Source of the DNA: Nitrosopumilus sp.
GTDB lineage: Archaea > Thermoproteota > Nitrososphaeria > Nitrososphaerales > Nitrosopumilaceae
NCBI GenBank assembly: GCA_965223425.1
Contig: OZ245003.1
Span: 1,824,001-1,888,000 of the forward strand
Direction: 5' to 3'
DNA length: 64,000 nucleotides
Shown here in pieces: positions 33,034-43,491 of the stretch (position 1 is the stretch's first letter; the number at the start of each line of letters is the position of its first letter). Both the position numbers and the translations under genes were made by a program. The notes beneath the pieces were generated by a model, which was not told where the DNA came from, did not search any database, and worked only from the letters and a program-made list of their open reading frames with translations.

Positions 33034-34476
33034 TTGAGTAAAGAAGACAAAGGAATCACGGTTTCAAAAAATGAAGATTTCAGTGAGTGGTACACCCAAG
33101 TAGTTCTAAAAGCTAAACTTGCAGATTATGCTCCTGTAAAAGGACTAATCGTACTCAGGCCAGACGGGTATTCTATTTGGGAGTCATTAAGAAGCACACT
33201 TGATAAAAAATTTGCAAATAATGGAATAAGGAATGGATTTTTGCCGATATTAATTCCAGAGTCATTGTTAGGAAAGGAGCAAAAACATTTTGCGGGATTT
33301 AATCCAGAAGTGTTTTGGGTTACCCATTCAGGAACCAATAAAGTTGGCGACAGACTCGCATTAAGACCAACATCTGAAACACTAGCATACACTCTATATT
33401 CTAAGTGGATTCAAAGTTGGAGGGATTTACCACTAAAGATTAATTTTTGGAATACTGCGTTAAGAGCAGAAATTAAAGGAACAAAACCATTTCTTAGAAC
33501 ATCAGAATTTTTGTGGCAAGAGGGACACACTGTACACGCAACACAAGAAGAGGCAGAGAGGGAAGTAATGAAAATTTTAGAGATTTACAGAGACACTGTT
33601 GAAGACGAGTTAGCAATTCCAGTAACCACAGGAAAAAAAAGTGAAAGTGAAAAGTTTGTAGGTGCAGTATACACTACTACAATGGAATCAATCATGCCTG
33701 ATGGAAAGGCATTACAGATGGGCACGTCACACTTTTTGGGTCAGAATTTTTCTAAACCATTTGAAGTCAAATTTGCAGACAAAGATAATGTAGAACACTT
33801 TGCATGGCAAACCTCATGGGGGGTTTCTTGGAGGTTGATTGGTGCAATGATCATGATACATGGGGATGACAAAGGGTTAGTCTTACCACCAAAGGTAGCG
33901 CCAGTGCAAGTAGTAATTGTGCCAATATACAAAAATGATGAAAGCAAGGCCAGCATATCATCTAAAGTAGAGGATATTAGAAAAAGCCTAGAATCAAAAG
34001 GAATCAGAGTTCACATAGATGATAGAGGCGAATTGTCTCCAGGATACAAATTCAACGATTGGGAACTAAAAGGAGTCCCAATACGAATAGAGATAGGCCC
34101 CAAAGACATGGAAAAACAAAGTGTCATAATAGCAAAAAGATACAATCAGGAAAAATCAAGTCTGTCTTTTGCTGAAATTGAAAAAGTTTCTACGATTTTA
34201 GATGAAATTCAAACGGACATGTTAAAGGCTGCCAAAGAACAATCCAAGGAAAACATCATGGATATTTCAGACTATACAGAATTCAAGTCAAGGATTGAGA
34301 AAGGGGGCTTCTTTAGCGCTCCCTGGTGTGGAAAGTTGGAATGTGAGGAGAAGATCAAAGAAGAAACAGGCGCAGACATCAGAGTAATTCCTTTTGGAAG
34401 TGAAAATACAGGAGAAAAATGCATGTATTGTCAAGAACAAAGCGTCTCAATCATTATTTTTGCAAGAGGGTACTAG
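33034..34476 (+). CDS. proS: Proline--tRNA ligase
   Basis: LRPTSET, FLRTSEFLWQEGH, QTSWGVS. Confidence 0.98.
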   Translation: MSKEDKGITVSKNEDFSEWYTQVVLKAKLADYAPVKGLIVLRPDGYSIWESLRSTLDKKFANNGIRNGFLPILIPESLLGKEQKHFAGFNPEVFWVTHSGTNKVGDRLALRPTSETLAYTLYSKWIQSWRDLPLKINFWNTALRAEIKGTKPFLRTSEFLWQEGHTVHATQEEAEREVMKILEIYRDTVEDELAIPVTTGKKSESEKFVGAVYTTTMESIMPDGKALQMGTSHFLGQNFSKPFEVKFADKDNVEHFAWQTSWGVSWRLIGAMIMIHGDDKGLVLPPKVAPVQVVIVPIYKNDESKASISSKVEDIRKSLESKGIRVHIDDRGELSPGYKFNDWELKGVPIRIEIGPKDMEKQSVIIAKRYNQEKSSLSFAEIEKVSTILDEIQTDMLKAAKEQSKENIMDISDYTEFKSRIEKGGFFSAPWCGKLECEEKIKEETGADIRVIPFGSENTGEKCMYCQEQSVSIIIFARGY

Positions 34477-34526
34477 CACAAAACTACCCACAAACATAAT
34501 AATACAAAAACTAGAATTTTTCAGTA

Positions 34527-35837
34527 TTGACCTCAAACCCGGAGCTAGCACAACAAAGACCCTTGTTAGAGCAGTTCAAAGAGACAAGAAATAGGACTTT
34601 GGAACTTGTAAAAACTTTAGAGGAAGATGATTTTGTGGTTCAGACTGCATTTTTCACGAGTCCGCCAAAATGGCATATTGGCCATGTAAGTTGGGTTTAT
34701 GAGGTAGTTATGAGCAAGATTGATAAAAATTATGAATTTTACTCTAAAGAATTTTCTGATTATCTAAATTCCTATTATCAACAGTTTGGGGTTCCACAGG
34801 ACAGGGGATTACGAGGAGTAAGTTCAAGACCCACCGTTGGCCAAGTTTTCCAATATTTTAGCACAGTAAATCAAAGAGTGGAAAAAATTATTGAGACTCA
34901 AACCTTGGATGATGAGCAAATTAGATTGATTACAATGGGGTTTCATCATGAATGTCAACATCAGGAGCTTTTAGTTTATGATCTACAGCATTTGCTTGCA
35001 GAGCAATACAGGCCTGTTAGAAAAAACAACATCCAAAAACCAAACAATGTTGAGAAAAAATCAGTTGGGATCAAAGGAGGTCTATACACGTTAGGATACA
35101 ATGGGGATGAATACTGTTATGATATCGAACTTCCAGAACACAAAGTATACCTTAATGACTACAAAATGGATGTTTTTCCAATAACAAATCAACAATATCT
35201 AGAATTTGTTGAAGATGGGGGATACAAGACATACAAATACTGGCTATCAGATGGCTGGGAGAAAGTCAAAGAAAAAAAATGGGACGCTCCTATGTATTGG
35301 GAGAAAATTAACGGTGAATGGCATGTTAGGGATTTTCTAGGAATCAGAAAAATTAATCCAGATGAACCAGTGTGTCATGTTAGCTATTACGAATCTGACG
35401 CATACTGTAAGTGGGCTGGAAAAAGATTGCCTACAGAAGCTGAATGGGAAAAAGCTGCTAGCTGGAATGAGGAAAAACAAGAAAAAACAATCTACCCGTG
35501 GGGAAACAAACAAGCATCAACAGAAAAATGTAATTTGCTTGAATCATACTATTGGGGATGCACTGAAATTGGGACATTTCCAGAGGGGATCAGTCCATCA
35601 GGATGTCAACAGATGATAGGCGACGTATGGGAATGGACATCGTCAGAATTTTCAGGGTATCCAGGATTCAAATCCGGGTTTGATGAATACAATGACAAGT
35701 GGTTTACAAACCAAAAAGTTTTGAGAGGGGGCTCATTTGGAACTCCAAAAATGTCAATCAGAAGCAGTTACAGGAACTTCTTCAGACTAGATGAGAGATG
35801 GTTATTTTCAGGATTCAGATGTGCAGAAGACACCTAA
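34527..35837 (+). CDS. egtB: Ergothioneine biosynthesis sulfoxide synthase EgtB
   Basis: PPKWHIGH, NSYY, HECQHQELL, FGE-like domain RLPTEAEWEKAA. Confidence 0.92.
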   Translation: MTSNPELAQQRPLLEQFKETRNRTLELVKTLEEDDFVVQTAFFTSPPKWHIGHVSWVYEVVMSKIDKNYEFYSKEFSDYLNSYYQQFGVPQDRGLRGVSSRPTVGQVFQYFSTVNQRVEKIIETQTLDDEQIRLITMGFHHECQHQELLVYDLQHLLAEQYRPVRKNNIQKPNNVEKKSVGIKGGLYTLGYNGDEYCYDIELPEHKVYLNDYKMDVFPITNQQYLEFVEDGGYKTYKYWLSDGWEKVKEKKWDAPMYWEKINGEWHVRDFLGIRKINPDEPVCHVSYYESDAYCKWAGKRLPTEAEWEKAASWNEEKQEKTIYPWGNKQASTEKCNLLESYYWGCTEIGTFPEGISPSGCQQMIGDVWEWTSSEFSGYPGFKSGFDEYNDKWFTNQKVLRGGSFGTPKMSIRSSYRNFFRLDERWLFSGFRCAEDT

Positions 35838-36856
35838 GATTTTGATACCAAGGTCAATGAGAAATACTTGTTGTCATCTAACCACGTATGTTTAATTTCA
35901 AATCCTATACTATCAAGCATGTCATGAATTTGGGATAGCTCATACTTGTGCGAATGCTCAGTGTGAATTAATTCATTTTTTTCTAGATTCAATAACAGGT
36001 TAGATTTGGATATCACAGTTGATTGCCTTACAAGGGATTCAAGATACATCTCAATTCTTTGATCTTTCTTATTGTATATGACACGATGTGCAAAGTTTTT
36101 CAAATCAAAATCAGCATCAAGTTCGTCATTAATCCTAGAAAGAACATTAAGATTAAATTCTGCAGTTACACCTTGAGAATCGTCATATGCAGATTCCAAA
36201 GTATGTGTGTCTTTTACTAAATCCAATCCAATTAAAAAAAGATCATTAGGTTTCATTGTTGAGTTTATCCTCTGCAAAAATTTGCAGCCGGCAGTAGGTG
36301 AAAAGTTGCCAAAGCTAGAGCCCAAAAAGATAATCAAATTTCTTTTATCGTCATAACTTTTAAGAAATTCCAAGCCACCCTCATATGTGTCAATAATGCC
36401 GGTAATCTGCAAACTGTCGTAATCAGATAGTAGTTGTTCAGAGCTTTCGGCAAGAATTTCAGAAATGTCAATTGGCACATACTCTGTTTTATCCTGTAAC
36501 TTTGTAAAAACATCAAGAATCAGTCGAGTTTTTACAGATGCGCCACTTCCAAGTTCAACTAGTCTAAATTCATCATCAAGGTAAGAAGGTAGTTTATCTT
36601 GCAATTTCCTTAAAATAGAGATTTCAGTTCTAGTGGGATAATATTCAGGCAAGGAACATATTTTTTCAAATAAATTCGAGCCTTTTTTATCATAAAAGAA
36701 CTTTGGATTTATGAATTTAGAGTCTCGATTGAGGCTGGAGGATATTTCTTCGGCAAACGTTTTTTCAATTTTGGTAGCATGTGGTTTAAAATATTGAAGT
36801 TTAGAATCTACAACATATTTTTTATAATTAAGATTTTTTTGAAGGGTGTTACTCAA
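35834..36856 (-). CDS. egtD: L-histidine N-alpha-methyltransferase EgtD
   Basis: PKFFYD, LPEYYPTRTE, ELGSG, FNLN, IHTEHSHKY. Confidence 0.94.
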   Translation of the reverse strand: MSNTLQKNLNYKKYVVDSKLQYFKPHATKIEKTFAEEISSSLNRDSKFINPKFFYDKKGSNLFEKICSLPEYYPTRTEISILRKLQDKLPSYLDDEFRLVELGSGASVKTRLILDVFTKLQDKTEYVPIDISEILAESSEQLLSDYDSLQITGIIDTYEGGLEFLKSYDDKRNLIIFLGSSFGNFSPTAGCKFLQRINSTMKPNDLFLIGLDLVKDTHTLESAYDDSQGVTAEFNLNVLSRINDELDADFDLKNFAHRVIYNKKDQRIEMYLESLVRQSTVISKSNLLLNLEKNELIHTEHSHKYELSQIHDMLDSIGFEIKHTWLDDNKYFSLTLVSKS

Positions 36857-37092
36857 GTGTTAAAATCGCAACCATTCAACATAAATGCTTTATCCCAAAT
36901 TTTTATGCGTAAATTGGGCTCTGTTTCGTCATTGGTAGTTTTCTCCGTGTCACTTTTTGGTTGCTGTAATTTGCGTGGAATCCAAAATTCTCCATCAAAC
37001 ATCCACAAAATATCTCTCCCTCAACTCTACAATCGACTACTTCCTTACACGTACGAGTTGACATCTCTTCCTCAATTAAGGATAAACAACAA

Positions 37093-37377
37093 TTAGGGCA
37101 TCTTGATAGGTTCTTCTTCTTCTTCTTCTTCTTCTTCTTCTTCTTCTTCTTCTTCTTCTTCTTCTTCTTCTTCTTCTTCTTCTTCTTCTTCTTCTTCTTC
37201 TTCTTCTTCTTCTTCTTCTTCTTCTTCTTCTTCTTCTTCTTCTTCTTCTTCTTCTTCTTCTTCTTCTTCTTCTTCTTCTTCTTCTTCTTCTTCTTCTTCT
37301 TCTTTCAAATAGAATATTTGAGCCTCCACCATTGCAATATTCCTGTCTTTATCTTTTAGTTCGTTTATCGCTTTCAA
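37093..37377 (-). CDS. Coiled-coil ORF with Glu64 tract, possibly a pseudogene
   Basis: Frame is open upstream to ~37470 without a start codon. Confidence 0.45.
   Translation of the reverse strand: MKAINELKDKDRNIAMVEAQIFYLKEEEEEEEEEEEEEEEEEEEEEEEEEEEEEEEEEEEEEEEEEEEEEEEEEEEEEEEEEEEEEEEEPIKMP
37111..37302. repeat. Perfect (TTC)64/(GAA)64 microsatellite
   Basis: 192 bp uninterrupted. Confidence 0.95.
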
Positions 37378-37664
37378 AATCCCCTGTTTCTGGGATTTGA
37401 TTTCTCCTTTCAGTCGACTTTTTTCTCGAACTAGTTCTTCAATTTGTGATTCTAGATAATATCTATCAATTTACCTTTGACTCTTCCTCTGACACGCCAA
37501 CTGATAATATTTCGATATAATCTATGTGTGTTTTTTTATGTTCTTCTGATTTATTATTTTTCTCTTCTTTGATACTGTGTTATCGGTGGGGGTTCATACA
37601 TTTGCACCCAATGTTTAACGGGGCGATATGGTATTATAATGGTAGAAAAGGTGTTTGAATAAGT

Positions 37665-38156
37665 ATGAAAAATCAAATTTTGATAGAAATTAAAACATCG
37701 TTAGATAAAATGGAAGAAACAGGGAAAGTAGATCTTACTATACTTGACAATCTTACAACATTACGTAAATTTCTAAGACAACTCAAAAGTAAATGGTTGA
37801 ATGTAGATAATTCTGATGGGTTTTATTTTTATCAAGCAGTTCGTAATGTAGAATTGGTATTAGGTAAAATGGAATATTGTTTTAAAAATTCACAAAAAGC
37901 TAATGATAATCCAAAAATTGTAGAAGACTCGTTGGTATTATTACCTACAATAGATAACATTCTAGAAACTACACAAAGTTTCAAAATTAATGAAGATACT
38001 ATTGGTAATGTATTACGTAAAACACATGCCTTAAGAAATCAAGCTGCAAGTACCAATCTTATTGAGTCCTTAGACATAAGTAGAGAAAGTATCGATAAAG
38101 ATACTTTAAAATTACAATTTACTGCATTGATACAAAAATTTGATTCTAATTCTTAA
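37665..38156 (+). CDS. Helical hypothetical protein (cassette cargo)
   Basis: 163-aa AT-rich ORF directly upstream of the PIN-like pseudogene. Confidence 0.7.
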   Translation: MKNQILIEIKTSLDKMEETGKVDLTILDNLTTLRKFLRQLKSKWLNVDNSDGFYFYQAVRNVELVLGKMEYCFKNSQKANDNPKIVEDSLVLLPTIDNILETTQSFKINEDTIGNVLRKTHALRNQAASTNLIESLDISRESIDKDTLKLQFTALIQKFDSNS

Positions 38157-38168
38157 ACCTAATAATAA

Positions 38169-38524
38169 ATGTCCGATGTTAAAGTAATACCTGCACAAAT
38201 GTAATTGTTTCGGCAAGTATAATTGAAAATTTACATGAATTAGAATTAGTAGTAAAACATCATTTTTACGATCAATCTATTCAATTATTTAGTTTGTTTA
38301 AACCTCCAAATGAAACAGATGGATATGTTATGCCAAAAATAAAATCTGAATGTTTTGGAGTTTTATCAAGGACTGTAAAAGATGTATTTGTTCCTAAACG
38401 ATTTGTGGATGGATCTGTTAAAGAGTGATTTTACAATGATGCAGTAGAAATAATTAGTTCTTCGGAACATAAAATGAGAAACTTACTTTCTAGATTAAAA
38501 AGAGTAAATTTAGATCGTCAATAA
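38169..38524 (+). pseudogene. PIN-domain-like pseudogene (cassette cargo)
   Basis: MSDVKVIP[D]TNVIVSASI after restoring 1 nt; later YVMPKIKSEC and internal stops. Confidence 0.55.
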
Positions 38525-38753
38525 ATATGGAAGAATCAAAAAGATGATGGTAACACAAGAAATTTTCACAAGGTTTGGAATCAGATGTGATCATCCTAGA
38601 GAAATTTTCCGAATGGCCGGTGGCACGGTTTAATCAAATATATCGTTATTTTAGAAATCTCAGCAACCGAAAAGTAGTACGGAGAAAACTACCGATGACG
38701 AAACAGAGCCGTAAATTGCATTTCTTGATATACCTCTTCATTGGATAGCAATC

Positions 38754-39719
38754 ATGGACGAAATACTCAAAGTGGAGCATTTGAAGAAATATTTTACAAA
38801 AAAAGGGTTGTTTGGATCAAAATCCACAACAGTTAGAGCGGCAGATGATGTTTCATTTTCTATAAAAAAAGGCGAAGTTTTTGTCTTAGCGGGGGAATCA
38901 GGTTCAGGAAAATCAACCATAGCAAAATTAATTCTAAAATCAATCGAATCAGATTCCGGGAAAGTCTTTTTTGAAGATCAGGAAATAAACAATGAACAAA
39001 AAAATTTAGAAAAAATCAGAATGAATTGTCAGATGATTCATCAAGATCCTTATGATTCTATAAATCCAAGGATGAGAATTGCAGATATTGTTTCTGAACC
39101 ACTTGAAATCCACGGTATTGGAAGCAAGGAAGGTAGAATGAAAAGGGTGATCGAAGTTTTGCAGGAAGTAAAATTAGAACCTGCCGAAGAGCTGATGAAA
39201 AAATATCCTCACATGTTATCAGGTGGACAAAGGCAAAGAGTAGTCTTAGCAAGGGCCCTAGCATTAAAACCCAAAATCATCCTAGCTGATGAACCAGTTT
39301 CAATGCTGGATGTTTCAATTAGAGCAGAAATGCTTGAATTGTTACAGGAACTACAGAAAAAACACAGCATTTCATTTGTATACATTACACATGATTTGGC
39401 AACTGCCAAATACTTTGGTCAAAGAATAGGAATTTTGTATCTTGGAAAAATGGTCGAGATGGGGCCAATAAATCAAGTTCTTCAGGCTCCTAAACACCCA
39501 TACACGCAAGCACTAATTGATGCTATTTCAGAGCCAGACCCTGAAAATCTTCATCAGGATAAGAAAATCAGAATAAACGAGCCATCACATACTGATGTAT
39601 GCCAAGGATGCAGATTCAGCAACAGGTGTCCATACGTAATTGACAAATGTAAAGATGAGCCTGATTTGGAGAAAGTCGGCAATGACCACTATTCTGCATG
39701 TTATGTAAAACTAGACTAG
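38754..39719 (+). CDS. Oligopeptide/dipeptide ABC transporter ATPase (OppF/DppF-like)
   Basis: GESGSGKST, LSGGQRQR, HPYT, GCRFSNRCP. Confidence 0.93.
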   Translation: MDEILKVEHLKKYFTKKGLFGSKSTTVRAADDVSFSIKKGEVFVLAGESGSGKSTIAKLILKSIESDSGKVFFEDQEINNEQKNLEKIRMNCQMIHQDPYDSINPRMRIADIVSEPLEIHGIGSKEGRMKRVIEVLQEVKLEPAEELMKKYPHMLSGGQRQRVVLARALALKPKIILADEPVSMLDVSIRAEMLELLQELQKKHSISFVYITHDLATAKYFGQRIGILYLGKMVEMGPINQVLQAPKHPYTQALIDAISEPDPENLHQDKKIRINEPSHTDVCQGCRFSNRCPYVIDKCKDEPDLEKVGNDHYSACYVKLD

Positions 39720-42700
39720 GATGTTCTTACAGAAGGCATTCGTTTGTCTTTGTAAGTAACAACGTTAGATACGCCGTTCTTTGGGAAAACACCGTAGATC
39801 AGTTTTGCCTTTTGAACAACAGAGTCCTTCAGAGAGACCATAATGAATTGACTTTCTTTGGATCTCTCCTCTAAGATGTTTGCCAGTCTTTTAGCGTTAG
39901 GCGCATCAAGGTGTGCGTCTACCTCATCAAACAAATAGAATGGAGATGGTTTTAGTTTTTGAAGTGCAAGTACAAACACAATTGCAGCTAATGTTTTTTC
40001 GCCGCCACTGATAGAGGTAGACTCTCTTTTTTGTTTATTTGGGAATTGAATCAGATAAGAAATGCCAGAGCTAAATATATCGTCCTCATTTTGTAATTCC
40101 AGCCAAGCATCACCACCAGTCATTTTATTGAAGATTAAATGAATTTCTTTATCGACTCTGTCAAATGCATCTAAGAATGTTTGTCGTTTGTCTTTTTCAA
40201 TACCTTCAATGAATTTTACAATAGAATTTCTTTCTTCCTCAAGAGAATTCTTTCTTGTTGACATTGAACGGTAGCCATAAGAAATTTCAACATATGTTTC
40301 AGGGGCTTTAGCGTTTAATGCATTAAGAGAAGACAGTTCTGAAGTCAGTCCTTGAACGATTGGTTCAACATCAAATGTCTCCATGTCTTTATCAAATCCA
40401 AACGCAGAGAGGATTTGTTGTAATTTGGTTTCATTTTCTACTAAATCATGTAAATCACGATTCAGGGAATCAGACTGACGCTCTAATGTGTTAATTTGCC
40501 TTGTCAGGCCCTTATCGGCATCAGAAAGGGTTTTGAGTTTATCGTCATATTCTTTAAGTTGTCCAATAGAAGAGCCAGAAGTGGAGATTAGATCTTGCTC
40601 TTTTTCTCTTAATTTTACAAGAACCTCGTTTTTTGATTCTTTTTGTTTTTCTAACCCTTGAATTTTTGTTTCTAATTCTTGGCGTTCTAAATTCAAAGAA
40701 TTTTCCTCATCATAAAGTCGATTAGATTGGGATTTTTCTCTGCTGGCTTGGGTTTGCAATGTGGTGAGTTGTGAAGATTTATCACGGTATTCATTCATGA
40801 CTGTCGTGTATAATTTTTCAATATCTGCTTTCTTCACATTAATCTTTGATAGTTCGTTTGCAATACGGGTCTGTTCTCCAGTAGAATAATTTTCCTCTAC
40901 AAGTGCAATACGTTCATGTAATGACTCGACATGGGATTCGTTTGTAGCAATTTCAGACTCGATAGTGGAATTTCTTGAAGCCAGTTTAGAAATTCTGGTC
41001 GTTAGCTGTTCTTTCATGTTTGTTGCAGAAATAATTCTTGATTTCAAATTAGAGTAATTTTCATTTGTTGTGGCAAGGGATTTTTCTGAAACAAAAAGTC
41101 TTTCAGCATAAGATTGAATCGAGTCTTCTAATTTTTTCAAAGAGTGTTTTTTCTTTAGCATGTATTTTTTGATGACACTGATGGATTGGAACAAGCCGTC
41201 AATGTCACTACTCATTGAGATTAGTTTTGTAAGTTTTGATATTTTGGAATTAATGTCAATAACGACAGTGCCGCCCTTGGCCTCAAAGTATTCACCACCT
41301 AATGTTACTGCTTTGTAACCGGCTTGCGAGATTTTATATGCGGATTCACGACTTTCTGCAAGTACAATGTTTCCAAAGAGGAATGTTTTGAGGGCAGAAT
41401 AAGCAGGATCACATTTGACATAATTGGCAAGTATGCCTAAAACTCCAGATTTTTTAGGGATTTTTAGTTTGAAGTTTGGTATAGCCTCAAGTGGGATAAT
41501 TTTCAGCTTTGGAAGTTTTTTACTTCGAGCAACTTCTGCAAGACCAAGTAGCGTTGCAAAGTCTTTTACAACAATTGCCTTTATCCAGTCAGAGCTGACT
41601 GCAAGTACAGAACGCTCATATTTTTTATCCCATGAAATCATTTCATATACAAGACCTTCGATGCCAAGTTTGTCTGCATCTTCTTTTAATTTTGCAACAG
41701 TGTAATCTTCATGCATGAATCCCTTTACAGTTTTAATTTTTGATTCATACTGATTTGCAGCTGTACTGGATTTTTCCAGTATTAATCCCAATTCTTCCAT
41801 ATCATCAGCAATCTTTAATTTTCTTTTTTGTAATTTTGTAATTCTAGATTTTAATTCAGTAATGGTTGCATCATGGTTTTTCATCATTGATTCTAACTGG
41901 GATTTGTATCCGGAAAGTTGCTCAACATCTTGTTCTAATCCAGAAAGTCTTGTGGAATTTTTCTTAATGTTAATTTCAGACTGTTCTTTTTCATGTTGAG
42001 TTTTGGAGAGTTTTAATTTAGAATCATTTAGTTGGGCGAGAAGAGACTTGATTTTGTCATCAATTTCAGATTTTTTGGCGGCAGCTTCAGACTGTTCTGT
42101 TAAAATTTTATTTCTTTGGGAATCAACAATCTTTAGATCATCATTAACCTTGTTCTTTTTCACATTCGTTTCTTCAATTGATTCTTTTGTTTTTAGAATT
42201 TGTGTGTCAATATCACTTGTAATGTTTATAATTTCTTCTAATTCTGTTTTTATTTCAGGAATTCTGTTATCAAGTTGTTCGATCCTTTTTTTAGATGCAG
42301 AAATCGAGCTGTTATCTATCTCATATTGTTCCATTGCCGTACTAATTTCTGCATCAAGTGATGCCTTTTCTTGGCTGTAATCGTTGGCCTCTGCCATCAG
42401 TTTTGATTTTTCAGTTTCCAGACTGCCAATTTCGGTTCTCAAAGCACTTCTTTCATCATCAAATTTTGTTATTTCAGCGGTAATTGTGCGCAACATGGAT
42501 TCTTTAGACTCTTTTTGGCTTGAAACAACCTTCATTTTGTTGGCAGCTGCTATTGCTTTGTATCGATTAAGTTCACGTTCTAAAATATCATGGCGTAATT
42601 TTTGATTTCGTTCTTCTTCAAGTTCATCAATTCGTTTTTTGATTTCACCCATTTTTGCCAGAGCAATTTCCAGTCTTCTATCGGCCTCATCTAGTTGTTT

Positions 42701-43240
42701 TACTGCTTCTGTCTTTTTTTCATCAAAATAAGACAAGCCGATTAAATCCTCGATTGTTTTTCTCTTTTCTTCAGATGTAAATTCTGAAATTCTAGTAACG
42801 GTTCCCTGTTGAACCGCATTTAGTTGACCTAAACCCGCATTGGCCACATCAAGCAAATCAAGAATCTGACTACGGTTTGTTTTCTTTTTATTTAGATAGT
42901 ATGTGTTTTCCCCATTTGCATCCATTTCTCTTGTTATCTCAACAAGATCAGAATCAACTGGAATCTTTCTGTCTGTATTATCAAAATGAACGCTAGATCT
43001 TGCCATTTTTGGACCACGGCGAGCTCCTTCGATATCATGGATTAATGATCGTAGTTTGTCCACTCTCATGATTTTGGGCTTGTTCTCACCCATTGCAAAA
43101 ATAATGGCATCTAAGATGTTGCTTTTACCAGAACCATTTGGACCAGAGATCGATACAAGTCCAGGCTCAAACTGAACAGTGGTGTTCTTAAACCCAAATG
43201 ATTTGAAACCAAAGATCTCAACTTTTTTGACATGAACCAA
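39716..43240 (-). CDS. smc: Chromosome segregation protein SMC
   Basis: GFKSF, GPNGSGKSN, hinge, SGGEKT, FDEVDAHLD. Confidence 0.97.
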   Translation of the reverse strand: MVHVKKVEIFGFKSFGFKNTTVQFEPGLVSISGPNGSGKSNILDAIIFAMGENKPKIMRVDKLRSLIHDIEGARRGPKMARSSVHFDNTDRKIPVDSDLVEITREMDANGENTYYLNKKKTNRSQILDLLDVANAGLGQLNAVQQGTVTRISEFTSEEKRKTIEDLIGLSYFDEKKTEAVKQLDEADRRLEIALAKMGEIKKRIDELEEERNQKLRHDILERELNRYKAIAAANKMKVVSSQKESKESMLRTITAEITKFDDERSALRTEIGSLETEKSKLMAEANDYSQEKASLDAEISTAMEQYEIDNSSISASKKRIEQLDNRIPEIKTELEEIINITSDIDTQILKTKESIEETNVKKNKVNDDLKIVDSQRNKILTEQSEAAAKKSEIDDKIKSLLAQLNDSKLKLSKTQHEKEQSEINIKKNSTRLSGLEQDVEQLSGYKSQLESMMKNHDATITELKSRITKLQKRKLKIADDMEELGLILEKSSTAANQYESKIKTVKGFMHEDYTVAKLKEDADKLGIEGLVYEMISWDKKYERSVLAVSSDWIKAIVVKDFATLLGLAEVARSKKLPKLKIIPLEAIPNFKLKIPKKSGVLGILANYVKCDPAYSALKTFLFGNIVLAESRESAYKISQAGYKAVTLGGEYFEAKGGTVVIDINSKISKLTKLISMSSDIDGLFQSISVIKKYMLKKKHSLKKLEDSIQSYAERLFVSEKSLATTNENYSNLKSRIISATNMKEQLTTRISKLASRNSTIESEIATNESHVESLHERIALVEENYSTGEQTRIANELSKINVKKADIEKLYTTVMNEYRDKSSQLTTLQTQASREKSQSNRLYDEENSLNLERQELETKIQGLEKQKESKNEVLVKLREKEQDLISTSGSSIGQLKEYDDKLKTLSDADKGLTRQINTLERQSDSLNRDLHDLVENETKLQQILSAFGFDKDMETFDVEPIVQGLTSELSSLNALNAKAPETYVEISYGYRSMSTRKNSLEEERNSIVKFIEGIEKDKRQTFLDAFDRVDKEIHLIFNKMTGGDAWLELQNEDDIFSSGISYLIQFPNKQKRESTSISGGEKTLAAIVFVLALQKLKPSPFYLFDEVDAHLDAPNAKRLANILEERSKESQFIMVSLKDSVVQKAKLIYGVFPKNGVSNVVTYKDKRMPSVRTS

Positions 43241-43312
43241 TAGGTGTGTTTTCACATTTGGCTGGATAATCAATGGTTAACAAGTTTAGTTGACATAATT
43301 GCATAATTTTTC

Positions 43313-43412
43313 GTAACAATTCGGATTTCTGGAGTGCCGTGCCTAAATTGGATGTAAAATCTGTGATTTTGATGTGTTTTACGCATGTAACTTCATAAAC
43401 TCGAACTGTTAC
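43313..43412. mobile_element. 100-bp MITE, copy 1 (IS66-like ends)
   Basis: GTAACAATTCG...CGAACTGTTAC; 8-bp TSD AATTTTTC. Confidence 0.88.
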
Positions 43413-43491
43413 AATTTTTCTTGTTTTACTATGAGATTTTTCGTAGCGGTGTTGTGCCTACCTATAATTATGAAGGGATTATTCTAAATTC

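Larger units (their letters stand above)
36917..38710. mobile_element. Non-autonomous passenger-carrying cassette (MIC/tIS-like; IS1595- or IS6-type ends)
   Basis: 50-bp inverted ends (45/50) starting GGCTCTGTTTCGTCAT; 8-bp TSD GTAAATTG at 36909-36916 and 38711-38718; no transposase. Confidence 0.88.

Noticed and set aside
34527-36856. egtB/egtD as a novel pathway
   Set aside because: Recognisable ergothioneine genes; nothing seen here suggests a variant pathway
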